Assembly: GCA_027036135.1 (NCBI GenBank)
Contig: JALVSY010000007.1
Span: forward strand, 516,880 to 580,879
Length of the DNA stretch: 64,000 nucleotides
DNA from: Pyrodictiaceae archaeon
GTDB lineage: Archaea; Thermoproteota; Thermoprotei_A; Sulfolobales; Pyrodictiaceae
Direction: 5' to 3'
The position numbers and the translations under genes are program-made. The notes beneath the pieces were generated by a model. It was given only the letters and a program-made list of their open reading frames with translations. It was not told where the DNA came from and searched no databases. Position 1 is the first letter of the stretch; every line of letters starts with the position of its first letter. This document shows, piece after piece, positions 48,142 through 58,253 of this stretch.

Positions 48142-49830
48142 GTGGGTGCTTTCTGGGGACTGGTTTTGCCGGGTAGTAATGTTGTTGGTGTTGTGCTTAG
48201 TGGTGCTACGAGTAGTGAGGCTCGGGCCCAGCTTACGGAGCTTGGTGAGAGGGTTCTCCGTGAAGGTATGCTCGTAGTTGTTGAGGCCAGGCGTGGCGAG
48301 GAGAGCTTGTTGGCCCGTGTTGATGAGTTGAGGCCTGTTCACGAGTTCTATTCTGAGGGTGATGTTTGGACTGAGGCTCGTAGGCGTGGGCTTCGGCCCG
48401 AGGTTCTTGACTCCCTGGCTCGTCGCTATACCGTGGCTTCCTTGACTATTCTTGGCAAGGCTTCGGGGCGTGGCTTGGAGGAGCCTTCTAGGCCTCCGGT
48501 TCCCGGGGATTTTGTCCGGCTCCTCGGCCCCCGGGAGCTTGGCTCGATGCTCGGCCTCAGCCCCGGTGAGCCCGGGATTGTCTACTTCGGGGAGCTTGTC
48601 GGGTATAGTGGTGTCGGTGTACCCCTTGATGTGGAGAATATTACTATGCATGTCGGGGTTTTCGGGGAGACTGGTAGCGGTAAGAGCTACGGTGTCGGCT
48701 ACCTCTTGGAGCTATTGTCCCGTATCCCGGTAGGAGATGGCTACGCAGCACTACCAGCCCTCGTTGTCGACGCTAATGGCGATTATCTTGACTATTACCG
48801 CGCATACGCAGCTGGGGAGCGTGTCGGCGGGTACGGGTTTGTTAAGCGCCTCGTTTTCCCCCGTAGCTCTGCAAGGTACTCTCCGTACACGGTGCCAGTG
48901 AGTATTGCTCTTGACGTGTTCTCTGCCAGGGAGATAGCGGAGTTCATCATAGCCTATAAGTCGGGTGGCGTGGAGCTCAACGAGCTGCAGGTCGCTGGGC
49001 TCGAGAGGGTTCTCAAGGAGTTCGAGGGGGTCTATGGCTTCACTGAGCTGCTTGTGAGCCACTTGGACGAGGTAGTGGAGGAGCTAGGCGAGCTTAGCCG
49101 TGGACGGGAGGCTTTTATTCATGCGCAGACTGCGAGGGCTATTAGGTCGGCTCTCGAGAAGTTCCGCCAAGACCTCGTGGAGAGATACGCTATTGTCTCG
49201 GAGAAACCTGTCCTCGGCCCAGGCTTCGTCGAGGAACTGGTCAACGCGCCGGGGCTGGCGATCCTCGACTTCTCCGCTGAGGGTGCCCCAGGTGTACCTC
49301 TCCCGGTCAAGCAGCTAGTCGTCGCGTATCTCCTTAGGCTCCTCTACAAGGTCTTCACAGAGTACAAGGTCTCTGGCAAGGAGCGCTACATGCTCCTGGT
49401 ACTGGAGGAGGCTCAGAACTATGCCCCGAATCCCCGCACCTACCCGGTCTCGTGGAGCCTTGCACGCGACTACCTCGCATTGATAGCTACCCAGGGGAGG
49501 AAGTTCGGCATAAGCCTCCTCCTTGTCAGCCAGCGCCCAGTGTTCGTTGACCCGGTTGTGGTATCGATGCTCAATACGTGGATAATCTATCGCCTCCCCG
49601 TGGACGATGTCTCCGTTGTCTCGAGGGCTGCCGGGGGGCTACCAAGGAGCATCGAGAAGCGGCTCCCAAGGCTACCAAGGGGAGTAGCGCTGGTTCATGG
49701 ACAGATGAACGTGCTCGGGTTCCCCGTGCTAGTGAGGACTGGGAGGAGGAGAGTAGGCCACGTAATGGGGCGCACAAGGGTCGTTGAGACGCTGCGGAGG
49801 CTATACCACGGGAGGGGAGAGCAGCAATGA
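48142..49830 (+). CDS. herA: HerA-type ATPase/helicase
   Basis: N-terminal HAS barrel, HVGVFGETGSGKS, LEEAQNY, QGRKFG, SQRP. Confidence 0.9.
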   Translation: MGAFWGLVLPGSNVVGVVLSGATSSEARAQLTELGERVLREGMLVVVEARRGEESLLARVDELRPVHEFYSEGDVWTEARRRGLRPEVLDSLARRYTVASLTILGKASGRGLEEPSRPPVPGDFVRLLGPRELGSMLGLSPGEPGIVYFGELVGYSGVGVPLDVENITMHVGVFGETGSGKSYGVGYLLELLSRIPVGDGYAALPALVVDANGDYLDYYRAYAAGERVGGYGFVKRLVFPRSSARYSPYTVPVSIALDVFSAREIAEFIIAYKSGGVELNELQVAGLERVLKEFEGVYGFTELLVSHLDEVVEELGELSRGREAFIHAQTARAIRSALEKFRQDLVERYAIVSEKPVLGPGFVEELVNAPGLAILDFSAEGAPGVPLPVKQLVVAYLLRLLYKVFTEYKVSGKERYMLLVLEEAQNYAPNPRTYPVSWSLARDYLALIATQGRKFGISLLLVSQRPVFVDPVVVSMLNTWIIYRLPVDDVSVVSRAAGGLPRSIEKRLPRLPRGVALVHGQMNVLGFPVLVRTGRRRVGHVMGRTRVVETLRRLYHGRGEQQ

Positions 49831-50909
49831 GCCTCATGAGCGGCGAGGACGAGGTAGTGAGGAGGCTCGTGGAGAAGACGAGGCAGCACCTAGAGCGCCG
49901 CCTAGGCAGGCTACGGGAGGCCCTCCGGGAAGCCCCCAGGGCTCTTGAGGCCCTGGAGCAGAGCGGCCTCATACACTACGCCAGGGACATGGACAGTGTT
50001 GCTAGTGTTGCTGGGCTTGATGGCTCTAGGCAGGTCATCAGGATGGGTCTTGGACGCTACCTAGTGATAGCCGTGACCGCGCTAGTCCATTTACCCGGGG
50101 GCATGGAGGCACGGGCTGCGAGGCTCTATTACCCCGAGGCAGAGGTCTACGAAGCCTACGACCCCTCCGGAGCAGGGATAGACGCGGCAGCGGAGGCGGG
50201 CATGCTCCTCCTAGAGACAATCTCGCTGGACAAGGTAGCCGAGACCGGGGCAAAGGTGCTCATGCTCGACGGGCCTCTCATTGATCCACCGGGCAGCGTT
50301 GATCCTGGTGTGTGGCGCCTATTATCGGGGGAGATCTTGGACAGGCTGGGCCGCGGCCTAGACTACCACGCGCTGCGAGCCGAGAAGCTGGCCAGGCTGG
50401 CGGAGAGCGGTGTTGAGGCCATAGGGGTCGTTAAGCGGGTATCAGGGTTCATGCTGATAACGAGGAGCGCAGAGGAGCTACCGCCGGGACTCCGAGGGCT
50501 AAGCGACGAAGACCTACTAGTAGTGCTTAGCAGCATTATCCGCGGCAAAGGCGTCGTCATAGGGCCCTTTACACCCCGGCTACCCGGCGGCATAGCCTCG
50601 AGGTACGAGGAGCGAGGAGCACGAATAGTTACCTACTACACCTACTCGCCCTGGACGATGAAGCCCCTCCGAGTAGAGATAATGAGCAAGCCCGGCCAAG
50701 ACTATGTGGAGAAAGCAGTGGAGACGGCTGGCCTCATAGCAGCGCTCACACCGCCCGGGCATAGCTACCCCTTACCAGTGCAGCTAGCCCACGAGAAGTC
50801 CCATTTATCGAGGCAGTTAGCGGGCCTCATATACCGCGAAGCATTGACGAGCCTGCTAAGCAGCGAGGACACAGTACTAATAGCTCCACGGCTCATAGAG
50901 GAAGCCTAG
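49827..50909 (+). CDS. nurA: NurA-family nuclease
   Basis: AGLDGS, MLDGPL, GVVKR, YPLPVQLAHE; ATGA-coupled to herA. Confidence 0.85.
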   Translation: MSLMSGEDEVVRRLVEKTRQHLERRLGRLREALREAPRALEALEQSGLIHYARDMDSVASVAGLDGSRQVIRMGLGRYLVIAVTALVHLPGGMEARAARLYYPEAEVYEAYDPSGAGIDAAAEAGMLLLETISLDKVAETGAKVLMLDGPLIDPPGSVDPGVWRLLSGEILDRLGRGLDYHALRAEKLARLAESGVEAIGVVKRVSGFMLITRSAEELPPGLRGLSDEDLLVVLSSIIRGKGVVIGPFTPRLPGGIASRYEERGARIVTYYTYSPWTMKPLRVEIMSKPGQDYVEKAVETAGLIAALTPPGHSYPLPVQLAHEKSHLSRQLAGLIYREALTSLLSSEDTVLIAPRLIEEA

Positions 50910-50942
50910 GCCGCTCCTCTGCGCCCCTGGGTGTAGCTTGTC

Positions 50943-51530
50943 GTGGCCCTCACGCGTCTAAGGAGGCAGGCATCCCGGGTATTCAACGCAATCGCTGAGC
51001 CGCTGGCGGTGCTTCCAGCTGATTTCTACACAGTACTCGGCTTAGTAGGCGCACTCCTGTTCCTCTACAGTGTGCGCTACGGCGCCCTTGTGGCCTCCTT
51101 CTTCCTAGCGCTCAGTGGGCTACTAGACGCGCTTGATGGAGCGGTTGCTAGGAAGAGGGGCGAGGCAGGGCCCCGTGGAGCCTTTCTAGACAGTATGCTT
51201 GACCGGGTAGCCGATACAGTTTATGCTCTTGGGTTTTACTGGCTAGGCTACCCGGGCGAGGCAGTGATACTCTTCCTCGGCGCGGCGCTGATAACAAGCT
51301 ATGCCCGGGCCCGGTACGAGGCAGCGATAGGAAAGAGCATGGAGGGGATAGGGCTCCTAGAGAGAGCCGATAGGCTAGTAGCTCAGATAATAGTGCTCCT
51401 TGTACAAGCAAGCCTGGGCATGTGGATAGCGAAGGCGCTCTACTGGTTGCTTGTCGTTCTCGCCTGGGCCACGGTGGCGCAGCGCCTAGCCAGGGGCTAT
51501 CGAGCACTGCCAAGAACAATAGGGAACTAG
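50943..51530 (+). CDS. CDP-alcohol phosphatidyltransferase (archaetidylinositol phosphate synthase-like)
   Basis: DALDGAVAR..GAFLDSMLDRVAD, SYARAR, ERADR. Confidence 0.9.
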   Translation: MALTRLRRQASRVFNAIAEPLAVLPADFYTVLGLVGALLFLYSVRYGALVASFFLALSGLLDALDGAVARKRGEAGPRGAFLDSMLDRVADTVYALGFYWLGYPGEAVILFLGAALITSYARARYEAAIGKSMEGIGLLERADRLVAQIIVLLVQASLGMWIAKALYWLLVVLAWATVAQRLARGYRALPRTIGN

Positions 51531-51825
51531 TTGCTCCAAGAACGCTAGAAATATCACGGACTAGCCAGTAAGTAGAGTAGTGGCCGACGCCCAGGGAGAG
51601 ACCGCCGATGCGGCGCGGCGGGCTGTGACCCTGGGACCGGCTGGAGGCCGCCAGTCCCCATTTTCCTAATCTGGCGTTTATGGCATCTTTCTAGCCACAC
51701 TTTACCTTCTAACTGTTTCCTTGTCTGAACTAATCAGATACATGTAGAAACCGTAACAATTTTATTCTTCCCCGCTGGATTACCCATCCCACGACAGTAA
51801 CCCAGGTAAATAAGGGGAGTATAGC

Positions 51826-53682
51826 ATGGATCCACATATTACGGGAAAGATCCCGGGTCTTCTAGCAGCAGCCTTATTGATAGCAGTATTTGCGATGCAT
51901 GTAGCAGCACTTGGTCTAAGTATTCAACCGGTACCAGTGAAGGAGGTACGAGTACTCATAACGATCGACCCCAAGGTATTCAATATCGCTAACATTAACA
52001 GCCTTGGAGGCCAAGTACTATATAGGGCATCAATAGCGCCAGTAATAGTGCTAGAAGTACCAAGCACGATTACGCCTTATCTCGAAAGGATTCCAGGCGT
52101 GCTTCATGTATCCCTTGACGAGCCTGTCCATGTTTATAGTGATACTGTACCCTGGGGAGTCCAGTACATAGGTGCCCCCAATGCCTGGAACATTACTAAG
52201 GGCCAGGCCGATGTCAATGGAGACGGTATAGGCGATGTACAAGTAGCAGTTATAGATACAGGTGTTGACTACAACCACCCCGACCTAGCTAAGAATATTG
52301 CATGGTGTATCTCGACCCTTAACGGTCAAGTGAGCAATGACTGCTACGACGGCAACGGGCACGGAACCCATGTCATAGGGACAATTGCAGCACTCCTTGA
52401 CGGCTCGGGAGTAGTAGGTGTAGCGCCTGAGGTGAAGATATACGCTATTAAGGCATTAGATGATAACGGTCAGGGCTATATAAGCGACATAATAATGGCT
52501 ATAGACCAGGCGATCAAGGGCCCTGACGGAGTCATAGACAAGGATGGTGACGGCAAGGTCGCGGGAGACCCGGATGACGACGCACCAGAGGTTATTAGCA
52601 TGAGTCTTGGGGGGCCAAGCGATGTGCCAGAGCTACACGAGGTCATACAGAAAGCTTACCAGTATGGAATAGTCGTGGTAGCAGCAGCCGGGAACGAGGG
52701 CTCCAGTAGCCCTGACTACCCAGCAGCTTACCCAGAGGTAATAGCAGTAGGAGCAATAGATAGTAACGAGCAAGTACCTGACTGGAGTAACAGGAATCCG
52801 GAGGTAGCTGCTCCAGGCGTAGATGTTCTAAGCACATGGCCCGGCGGAGGCTACAAGACACTCAGCGGCACAAGCATGGCGACACCTCATGTATCGGCGA
52901 CGGTTGCGCTGATACAGGCAGCGAGGCTATCCCACGGGCTCCCAATACTACCGCCCGGCACAGAGGATGATATGACGAACACAACGGTAAGGGGAATACT
53001 CCATCTTACAGCGAAGAACCTGGGAGCAGCTGGTTACGATAGCCTCTATGGCTACGGAGCAGTACAGGCAGATAAGGCTGTCGAGATGGCGATAGGGGCT
53101 AGCAGCGGCGGCAACGAGGGAGGAGGCAGTGGTGGCGAGACCCCGCAGCCACCCTCGCAGCCAAGCCAGCCCTCACAAGCACAGCTACTAAGCAATCCAG
53201 GCTTTGACACTAGTGCCGATAACTGGAGCTTCTATCCAGGAGACTACATAGACAAGGCCACGTGGCTAGAGAGCTTCAATGGCGCAAACGGTGTCGTAGA
53301 GATATATGGCACGCTGCCAGAATGGGCCTTCAGTGTCTCCGACTACGCGTTCCTGGGACAGACAGTGACGTTCCCGAGTAGCCTATCCAGCGGCGAGATA
53401 GAGATAAAGTACTACGCCGAGTCAAACAGTGCCTCGATGACCGTGGTCGCTGGCATATATGATACGAGTAGCAATAGCTGGGTATGGTACGATACAGTTG
53501 ACGCTACCCAGGGCTCATGGCAGACAATAACAATCAATATACCGAGCGATGTACTATCAAGCATCGGTGGCAAGACATACCTCTTCGTAGTCGGTGTTGG
53601 GGCTAGCGACTATACGCTGTGGTGGAGCAGTAGCGTGTACTTCTACCTAGACCATGTATACCTAACAGTATCAAGCAGCTAG
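51826..53682 (+). CDS. secreted S8 subtilisin (Tk-subtilisin-like) with a C-terminal beta-sandwich domain
   Basis: Signal peptide, propeptide, IDTG, HGTHV, AAGN, GTSMATPH, DGDG..GDPDDD Ca-binding loop, G/P/Q linker. Confidence 0.95.
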   Translation: MDPHITGKIPGLLAAALLIAVFAMHVAALGLSIQPVPVKEVRVLITIDPKVFNIANINSLGGQVLYRASIAPVIVLEVPSTITPYLERIPGVLHVSLDEPVHVYSDTVPWGVQYIGAPNAWNITKGQADVNGDGIGDVQVAVIDTGVDYNHPDLAKNIAWCISTLNGQVSNDCYDGNGHGTHVIGTIAALLDGSGVVGVAPEVKIYAIKALDDNGQGYISDIIMAIDQAIKGPDGVIDKDGDGKVAGDPDDDAPEVISMSLGGPSDVPELHEVIQKAYQYGIVVVAAAGNEGSSSPDYPAAYPEVIAVGAIDSNEQVPDWSNRNPEVAAPGVDVLSTWPGGGYKTLSGTSMATPHVSATVALIQAARLSHGLPILPPGTEDDMTNTTVRGILHLTAKNLGAAGYDSLYGYGAVQADKAVEMAIGASSGGNEGGGSGGETPQPPSQPSQPSQAQLLSNPGFDTSADNWSFYPGDYIDKATWLESFNGANGVVEIYGTLPEWAFSVSDYAFLGQTVTFPSSLSSGEIEIKYYAESNSASMTVVAGIYDTSSNSWVWYDTVDATQGSWQTITINIPSDVLSSIGGKTYLFVVGVGASDYTLWWSSSVYFYLDHVYLTVSSS

Positions 53683-53865
53683 CAGTAATCCAGTCCACCA
53701 TCCCTAGGTCAAATATTTTTACCAGAAACATGTCGATGACTCGATACTCTTTTTATCGCTAGTCCTCATCTAGTTCCTTCTCAAAGTGCAAGGAAACAAG
53801 GTAGAACAAATATGTATCGAGGTCCACTAGGTATCCTTATTTCGGGAAAATAGGGGTAGAGTGAA

Positions 53866-54867
53866 TCATGCGCTTGACTCCTTTATTGGCTTCTCTGTCG
53901 CGGGTTTGCCCTCGTGTAACCAGCACGCAGCGTAGTGGCCGGGGCCTACCTCGAAATATGGTGGCTGCTCCTTGCGGCACTTGTCCATGACGTGTGGGCA
54001 CCTTGGGTGGAATCTGCACCCTGGTGGCGGGGCTCTTAGGTCTGGCGGCTGCCCAGGTATATAGTTGAGCTTCATTCTTGGGGCTCTTAGCCTCGGTATT
54101 GCCTTGAGTAGCTCCTGTGTGTACGGGTGCTGTGGGTGGTTGTATACTTCCTCGCTTGGGCCGTACTCTACTATTTTCCCCGCATACATTATTGCTACCT
54201 TGTCTGCTAGCTCTGCTATAACGCTTAGGTCGTGGCTTATAAGTATGATGCTCATGTTTAGCTTGTTCTTCAGCTCCTTGAGCAGGTTTAGTATCTGTGC
54301 CTGTATAATCGTGTCGAGCGCAGTGGTCGGCTCATCGGCTATCACTATCGGGGGCTCGAGTATAAGCGCCATCGCTATTACTACGCGCTGCTTCTGGCCA
54401 CCACTCAGCTCGTGGGGATACCTATTAGCTATGTCCTCGCTCAGCCCTACCATGTTGAGGGCCTCTACTACACGCTTGTAGGCCTCTTGCCTACTGTAGC
54501 CCTTGTGTATTATTAGTGGCTCTGCTATCTGCTCCCAGACCTTGTAGACAGGATTAAGCGCGTTCATGGCGCCCTGGAAAACCATGCTTATCTTTTGCCA
54601 GCGTACCCTTCTCCTAACCTCTGCCTCGCTCATACTTGTTATGTCCTCGCCATCGATTATTATCCTTCCCTTAGTTATCCTGCCTGGTGGTGGAACAAGC
54701 TTCAAGAGGGACCAAGCGAGCGTTGATTTGCCGCAGCCGCTCTCGCCTGCTATGCCTAGTACCTCGCCGCGCTCCAGGCTGAAGCTCACGTCCTCAACAG
54801 CTCTCACTATGCCTCGTAGAGTATAGTAGTAGACGTGGAGATTGTGAACCTCGAGTACAGGTGGCAA
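53866..54867 (-). CDS. oligopeptide/dipeptide ABC ATP-binding protein (OppD/DppD)
   Basis: GESGCGKS, LSGGQ, DEPTTALD, HPYT, GCRFHPRC. Confidence 0.93.
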   Translation of the reverse strand: MPPVLEVHNLHVYYYTLRGIVRAVEDVSFSLERGEVLGIAGESGCGKSTLAWSLLKLVPPPGRITKGRIIIDGEDITSMSEAEVRRRVRWQKISMVFQGAMNALNPVYKVWEQIAEPLIIHKGYSRQEAYKRVVEALNMVGLSEDIANRYPHELSGGQKQRVVIAMALILEPPIVIADEPTTALDTIIQAQILNLLKELKNKLNMSIILISHDLSVIAELADKVAIMYAGKIVEYGPSEEVYNHPQHPYTQELLKAIPRLRAPRMKLNYIPGQPPDLRAPPPGCRFHPRCPHVMDKCRKEQPPYFEVGPGHYAACWLHEGKPATEKPIKESSA

Positions 54868-54981
54868 GGCCCGGTTGCACCACCATTGCGGCTAGAAGGC
54901 TTCTCCAGCTACTGCTTCACGCGCAGAGGAAGCTTTAAGGTTCCCTCCGGCTTGGCCGAGACCTAGTACTGGGCCAATAAG

Positions 54982-56019
54982 GTGTTGAACAAGGCTCTGA
55001 GCAAGCAAGCGCTGAAGATAATATTGTTGTTCGGAGTGGTTAGCCTCCTAGCTGATGCCAGTTATGAGGGATTCCGCAGCATACTGGCGCCCCTCATAAA
55101 GACTAGCTATGAGCTGGGAGCAGTCGTTGGGATAGGGGAGTTCATTGCATGGGGTCTCCGCCCACTGACTGGGATATTGGCGGATGTAACTGCTAGCTAC
55201 TGGGCCCTGACAATAACCGGGTACAGTCTAGTCCCCGTAGGCATCCTTGTAGCTGTCCAGGGCTGGCCATGGCTAGCAATAGGCTATAGCATTGAGAGAT
55301 TCGGTAAGGCTCTCCGAACACCTGCACGAGACACCCTCATATCAAGCATAGCTGGTAAGAGGAGAGGCCTCGCCTTCGGGCTACACGAGCTACTAGACCA
55401 GGCGGGAGCAGTTCTCGGCCCAGTGATAGCAGCCCTTGGGCTAGCGGGGCTCTACGGCTTATGGGTGCTAGCGGTCCCCGGGGCCCTAGCAGTCCTCGTC
55501 CTAATATACCTCGCAGGGGTTTACCCTGGCTCGGAAGTGCCGCGCCGCTATCACTGGTCACTGAGAGAATCTTTCCGAGGAGGCCTTGGCGCAGCCTTCT
55601 ACGTGCTCGTAGCTGGGACGATAACGGCTAACCCAATAGCAGTGCAGGCTGTGGTTAAGACTCTCTCCCACCTAGGCGAGGAGCAACTAGTCCTCCTCTA
55701 CTCTGTCGCGATGCTGAGCGACGCAGTAGCAGCCCTACCCCTAGGAGCGCTATATGACCGGGACCCACGCTTAGCACAGGTAGTTCCCCCGGTGTTCGGG
55801 GCCCTAGCCGGTGCTGCAGCTCTAGCCCTTGGCCACAGCCTCGTCGGCGCCGTGCTTGCTTCCCTGCTGAGTGGCGTGGCTATAGCGGGCTACGAGACCG
55901 TAGCACGGGCAATGGTCAAGGGCGGTGCCACGGGCTACGGTGTCTTCGGGGTCTCGTATGGCGCGGCCTCAGCTGCATCTATAATCCTTTACGGGTTCCT
56001 GGCCCGCTTAGCCGCCTAG
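54982..56019 (+). CDS. MFS transporter
   Basis: SLLADASYEG, ERFGKALRTPARD, GLHELLDQAGA. Confidence 0.85.
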   Translation: MLNKALSKQALKIILLFGVVSLLADASYEGFRSILAPLIKTSYELGAVVGIGEFIAWGLRPLTGILADVTASYWALTITGYSLVPVGILVAVQGWPWLAIGYSIERFGKALRTPARDTLISSIAGKRRGLAFGLHELLDQAGAVLGPVIAALGLAGLYGLWVLAVPGALAVLVLIYLAGVYPGSEVPRRYHWSLRESFRGGLGAAFYVLVAGTITANPIAVQAVVKTLSHLGEEQLVLLYSVAMLSDAVAALPLGALYDRDPRLAQVVPPVFGALAGAAALALGHSLVGAVLASLLSGVAIAGYETVARAMVKGGATGYGVFGVSYGAASAASIILYGFLARLAA

Positions 56020-56101
56020 CTATATACGTGTTTCATTGCTCCCTCCCAGGGCTCTCCCCATAAGGTAATACCGTGGAGGTATTCTTTGTTGGGAGCTTCT
56101 T

Positions 56102-57454
56102 GTGCCACGACTAGCCGGTGACTGGTTCATAGACATGTTTACGAGCGAGGCCGAGAAACTCATCGACCTGATCCGTGAGAGAAAGGAGCCCAGGATACAG
56201 GTAAGCATCCCTACTCATTGGTGGATAAGTGGGCTATCGAGCAGCTCCTATGATAGAACAGTGGCGGCTGTGGATGGCGGTGGTGGGGTACAGCCCCTGG
56301 CCTTTGGCTGGAGTATATACGTCGCGAGAGCCTATGGGTACGTGGAGGGAGCGGAGCCCGAGAGGGGGCTTGAGCTACGCCTCTTCCCGGTAAGGGATAC
56401 CCGTGTCCTAGACGCGCTACGGACGTGGCTAGAGTACCGCGTCGCGACCTCTCTTGCCTCGAGGCTCAGCAACGCAGTAGTACTCATGGATGGGAGCCTC
56501 TGGGTCGGGATAAGCCTCGCCCTAGGCTCGCTAGCAAAGCTAGCCTCGGGCAACGTTGACAGCGTCGCCGCCGTCTATACTGCTCTTTTCAGCGCCTACA
56601 GCTTATCAGAGCTAGTAAGACTCGTAGAAACTGCCCATAGCCGGGGAGTACTAGTAGCGTTCGTATCCAAGGACCATGGGTTCAGAGCATACAAGGAGAA
56701 GGTCCTACTGGGCCTAGTGGCTGAGAAAACACCCGCGCTACGCGACCTCATAGACCGGGCGCTTGAGTGGTACCCGCTGGCTCTCCGAGACCAGCTAATA
56801 ACAGCCCGTAGACTAGTACCCCCCGAGCTAAGACCACTCTACGACGCTGCTCTAGACCCTAGTTACCGGGATCCCCTCTTCCTAGCAGATAGCATTGGTA
56901 CGGCGAGCCAGGGATACACATGGGTACTCAATATGCCCCCGAGTAGGCGCATGGGCCGCATACTCTCGCGTGGTGTCTCGCTGAGAACCCTCGTGGAGAA
57001 AGCAGTGGCCAAGGCAGAGACGCTGCTAGGGGAGGAGCCCGAGGTCGAGGAGCTAAGAGCCCTCGGGGCTAGGCTCCCCGCGGAGCTTGACCGCTTGCCA
57101 CGCGTCCGCCTCTTCTACACCAGGCTCGGGTCAGGGGACTACCCCCTACTAGTGGAGGTGCCGGGGAGCCTCGGCGATTATTACTCGCGTGGAAGACTCC
57201 TAGAGGAGCCGAGCACTGAGACAGAGCAACTAGTAGCGATACTAGCAAGGCACTACGCTGGCCCAGAGTACTACAACATCCCACTAGTAGCGGCCCACAT
57301 TAACGCAACGTTTACCGGGATGCAGCTAGACCAGTACATGGCCCTACTAGAGCAACTAGCCAATGCCCGGGGAGTCCCGCTGCGATTCGCGCGGAGGAGG
57401 GCGATGTGGGGGGCTTTGCGCAGGAAGAAGAGGAGAAGAACCGTGGGCTGGTAA
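56102..57454 (+). CDS. second NurA-family nuclease
   Basis: AAVDGG, LMDGSL, VSKD, YNIPLVAAH. Confidence 0.75.
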   Translation: MPRLAGDWFIDMFTSEAEKLIDLIRERKEPRIQVSIPTHWWISGLSSSSYDRTVAAVDGGGGVQPLAFGWSIYVARAYGYVEGAEPERGLELRLFPVRDTRVLDALRTWLEYRVATSLASRLSNAVVLMDGSLWVGISLALGSLAKLASGNVDSVAAVYTALFSAYSLSELVRLVETAHSRGVLVAFVSKDHGFRAYKEKVLLGLVAEKTPALRDLIDRALEWYPLALRDQLITARRLVPPELRPLYDAALDPSYRDPLFLADSIGTASQGYTWVLNMPPSRRMGRILSRGVSLRTLVEKAVAKAETLLGEEPEVEELRALGARLPAELDRLPRVRLFYTRLGSGDYPLLVEVPGSLGDYYSRGRLLEEPSTETEQLVAILARHYAGPEYYNIPLVAAHINATFTGMQLDQYMALLEQLANARGVPLRFARRRAMWGALRRKKRRRTVGW

Positions 57455-57512
57455 GGGAGAGACGAGCTTAAAGTCTTGTAACACTGTATCTTTGTAACTG
57501 GGTTACAAGGGG

Positions 57513-57803
57513 ATGTACTCGGAAGTTGTACGGGTGAGCCGCGAGGCCAAGAGGGAGCTGGAGAGGCTACAGGCCCGCCTAGTCATAGAGGCGGGTCGCA
57601 AGTACTCCCTACAAGAATTAGTTGATGCTGCTATACGTGTAGCGCTGCGTAGACAGGAGGAGCTTCTCGAAGAGCTCGGTGAGTGGCGCCCCCTCAGCAG
57701 AGAGGAGGCCGAGAAGCTACTAGACATGTATAGTATTGATGTGGATGTAGAGGACGTCGAGAAGGATATGAAAGAGGTGCTATACCCTGAGCATACTGGT
57801 TGA
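57513..57803 (+). CDS. vapB: VapB-type antitoxin
   Basis: VRVSREAKRELERL..SLQELVDAAI; overlaps a PIN gene. Confidence 0.8.
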   Translation: MYSEVVRVSREAKRELERLQARLVIEAGRKYSLQELVDAAIRVALRRQEELLEELGEWRPLSREEAEKLLDMYSIDVDVEDVEKDMKEVLYPEHTG

Positions 57804-58197
57804 CAGCGGAGTCATCCTCGCAGCCTTTATCCGTAAGGAGAAGAGGCATCACTGGGCCCGTCGCCTCCTAGTCTCTGTCCTCGAAGGCGTGTACGGCTCT
57901 CCCTTCGTCACGGACTATATCGTGGACGAGGTTCTCAGCTATGCGAGTGCCAGGCTCGGGAGAGAGCCCTCCATAAAGCTACTAGACTTCTTGGTCAAGA
58001 AGGGCTTGTTCAGAATAATCCCAATAACCCTTGACCTATTTACCCGCGCGGTAAGGGTCTTCGAGGAGAATGCCCCCGTGCTCAGCTTCACTGATGCAGC
58101 CTCGCTCGTAGCGGCGAGGACCTACGGCATAGACTATATAGCTACGCTTGACGAGGCACTGGCCCGGCACTACCCGAGCATATCCCCTAATGAATAG
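57787..58197 (+). CDS. vapC: VapC PIN toxin, apparent CTG start
   Basis: Frame reads LSILVDSGV.. from CTG 57787 after a GAGGTG RBS; TDYIVDE, SFTDAAS, TLD. Confidence 0.8.
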   Translation: MSILVDSGVILAAFIRKEKRHHWARRLLVSVLEGVYGSPFVTDYIVDEVLSYASARLGREPSIKLLDFLVKKGLFRIIPITLDLFTRAVRVFEENAPVLSFTDAASLVAARTYGIDYIATLDEALARHYPSISPNE

Positions 58198-58253
58198 ACG
58201 GTGCTAGACTTAGACCCCTCTCCTTCCCCTTCCTAGCTACTGGGTTAGGCGGG

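Noticed and set aside
51826-53682. Subtilisin as the RiPP leader peptidase
   Set aside because: About 9 kb from the island, different composition and unlinked; no sequence evidence
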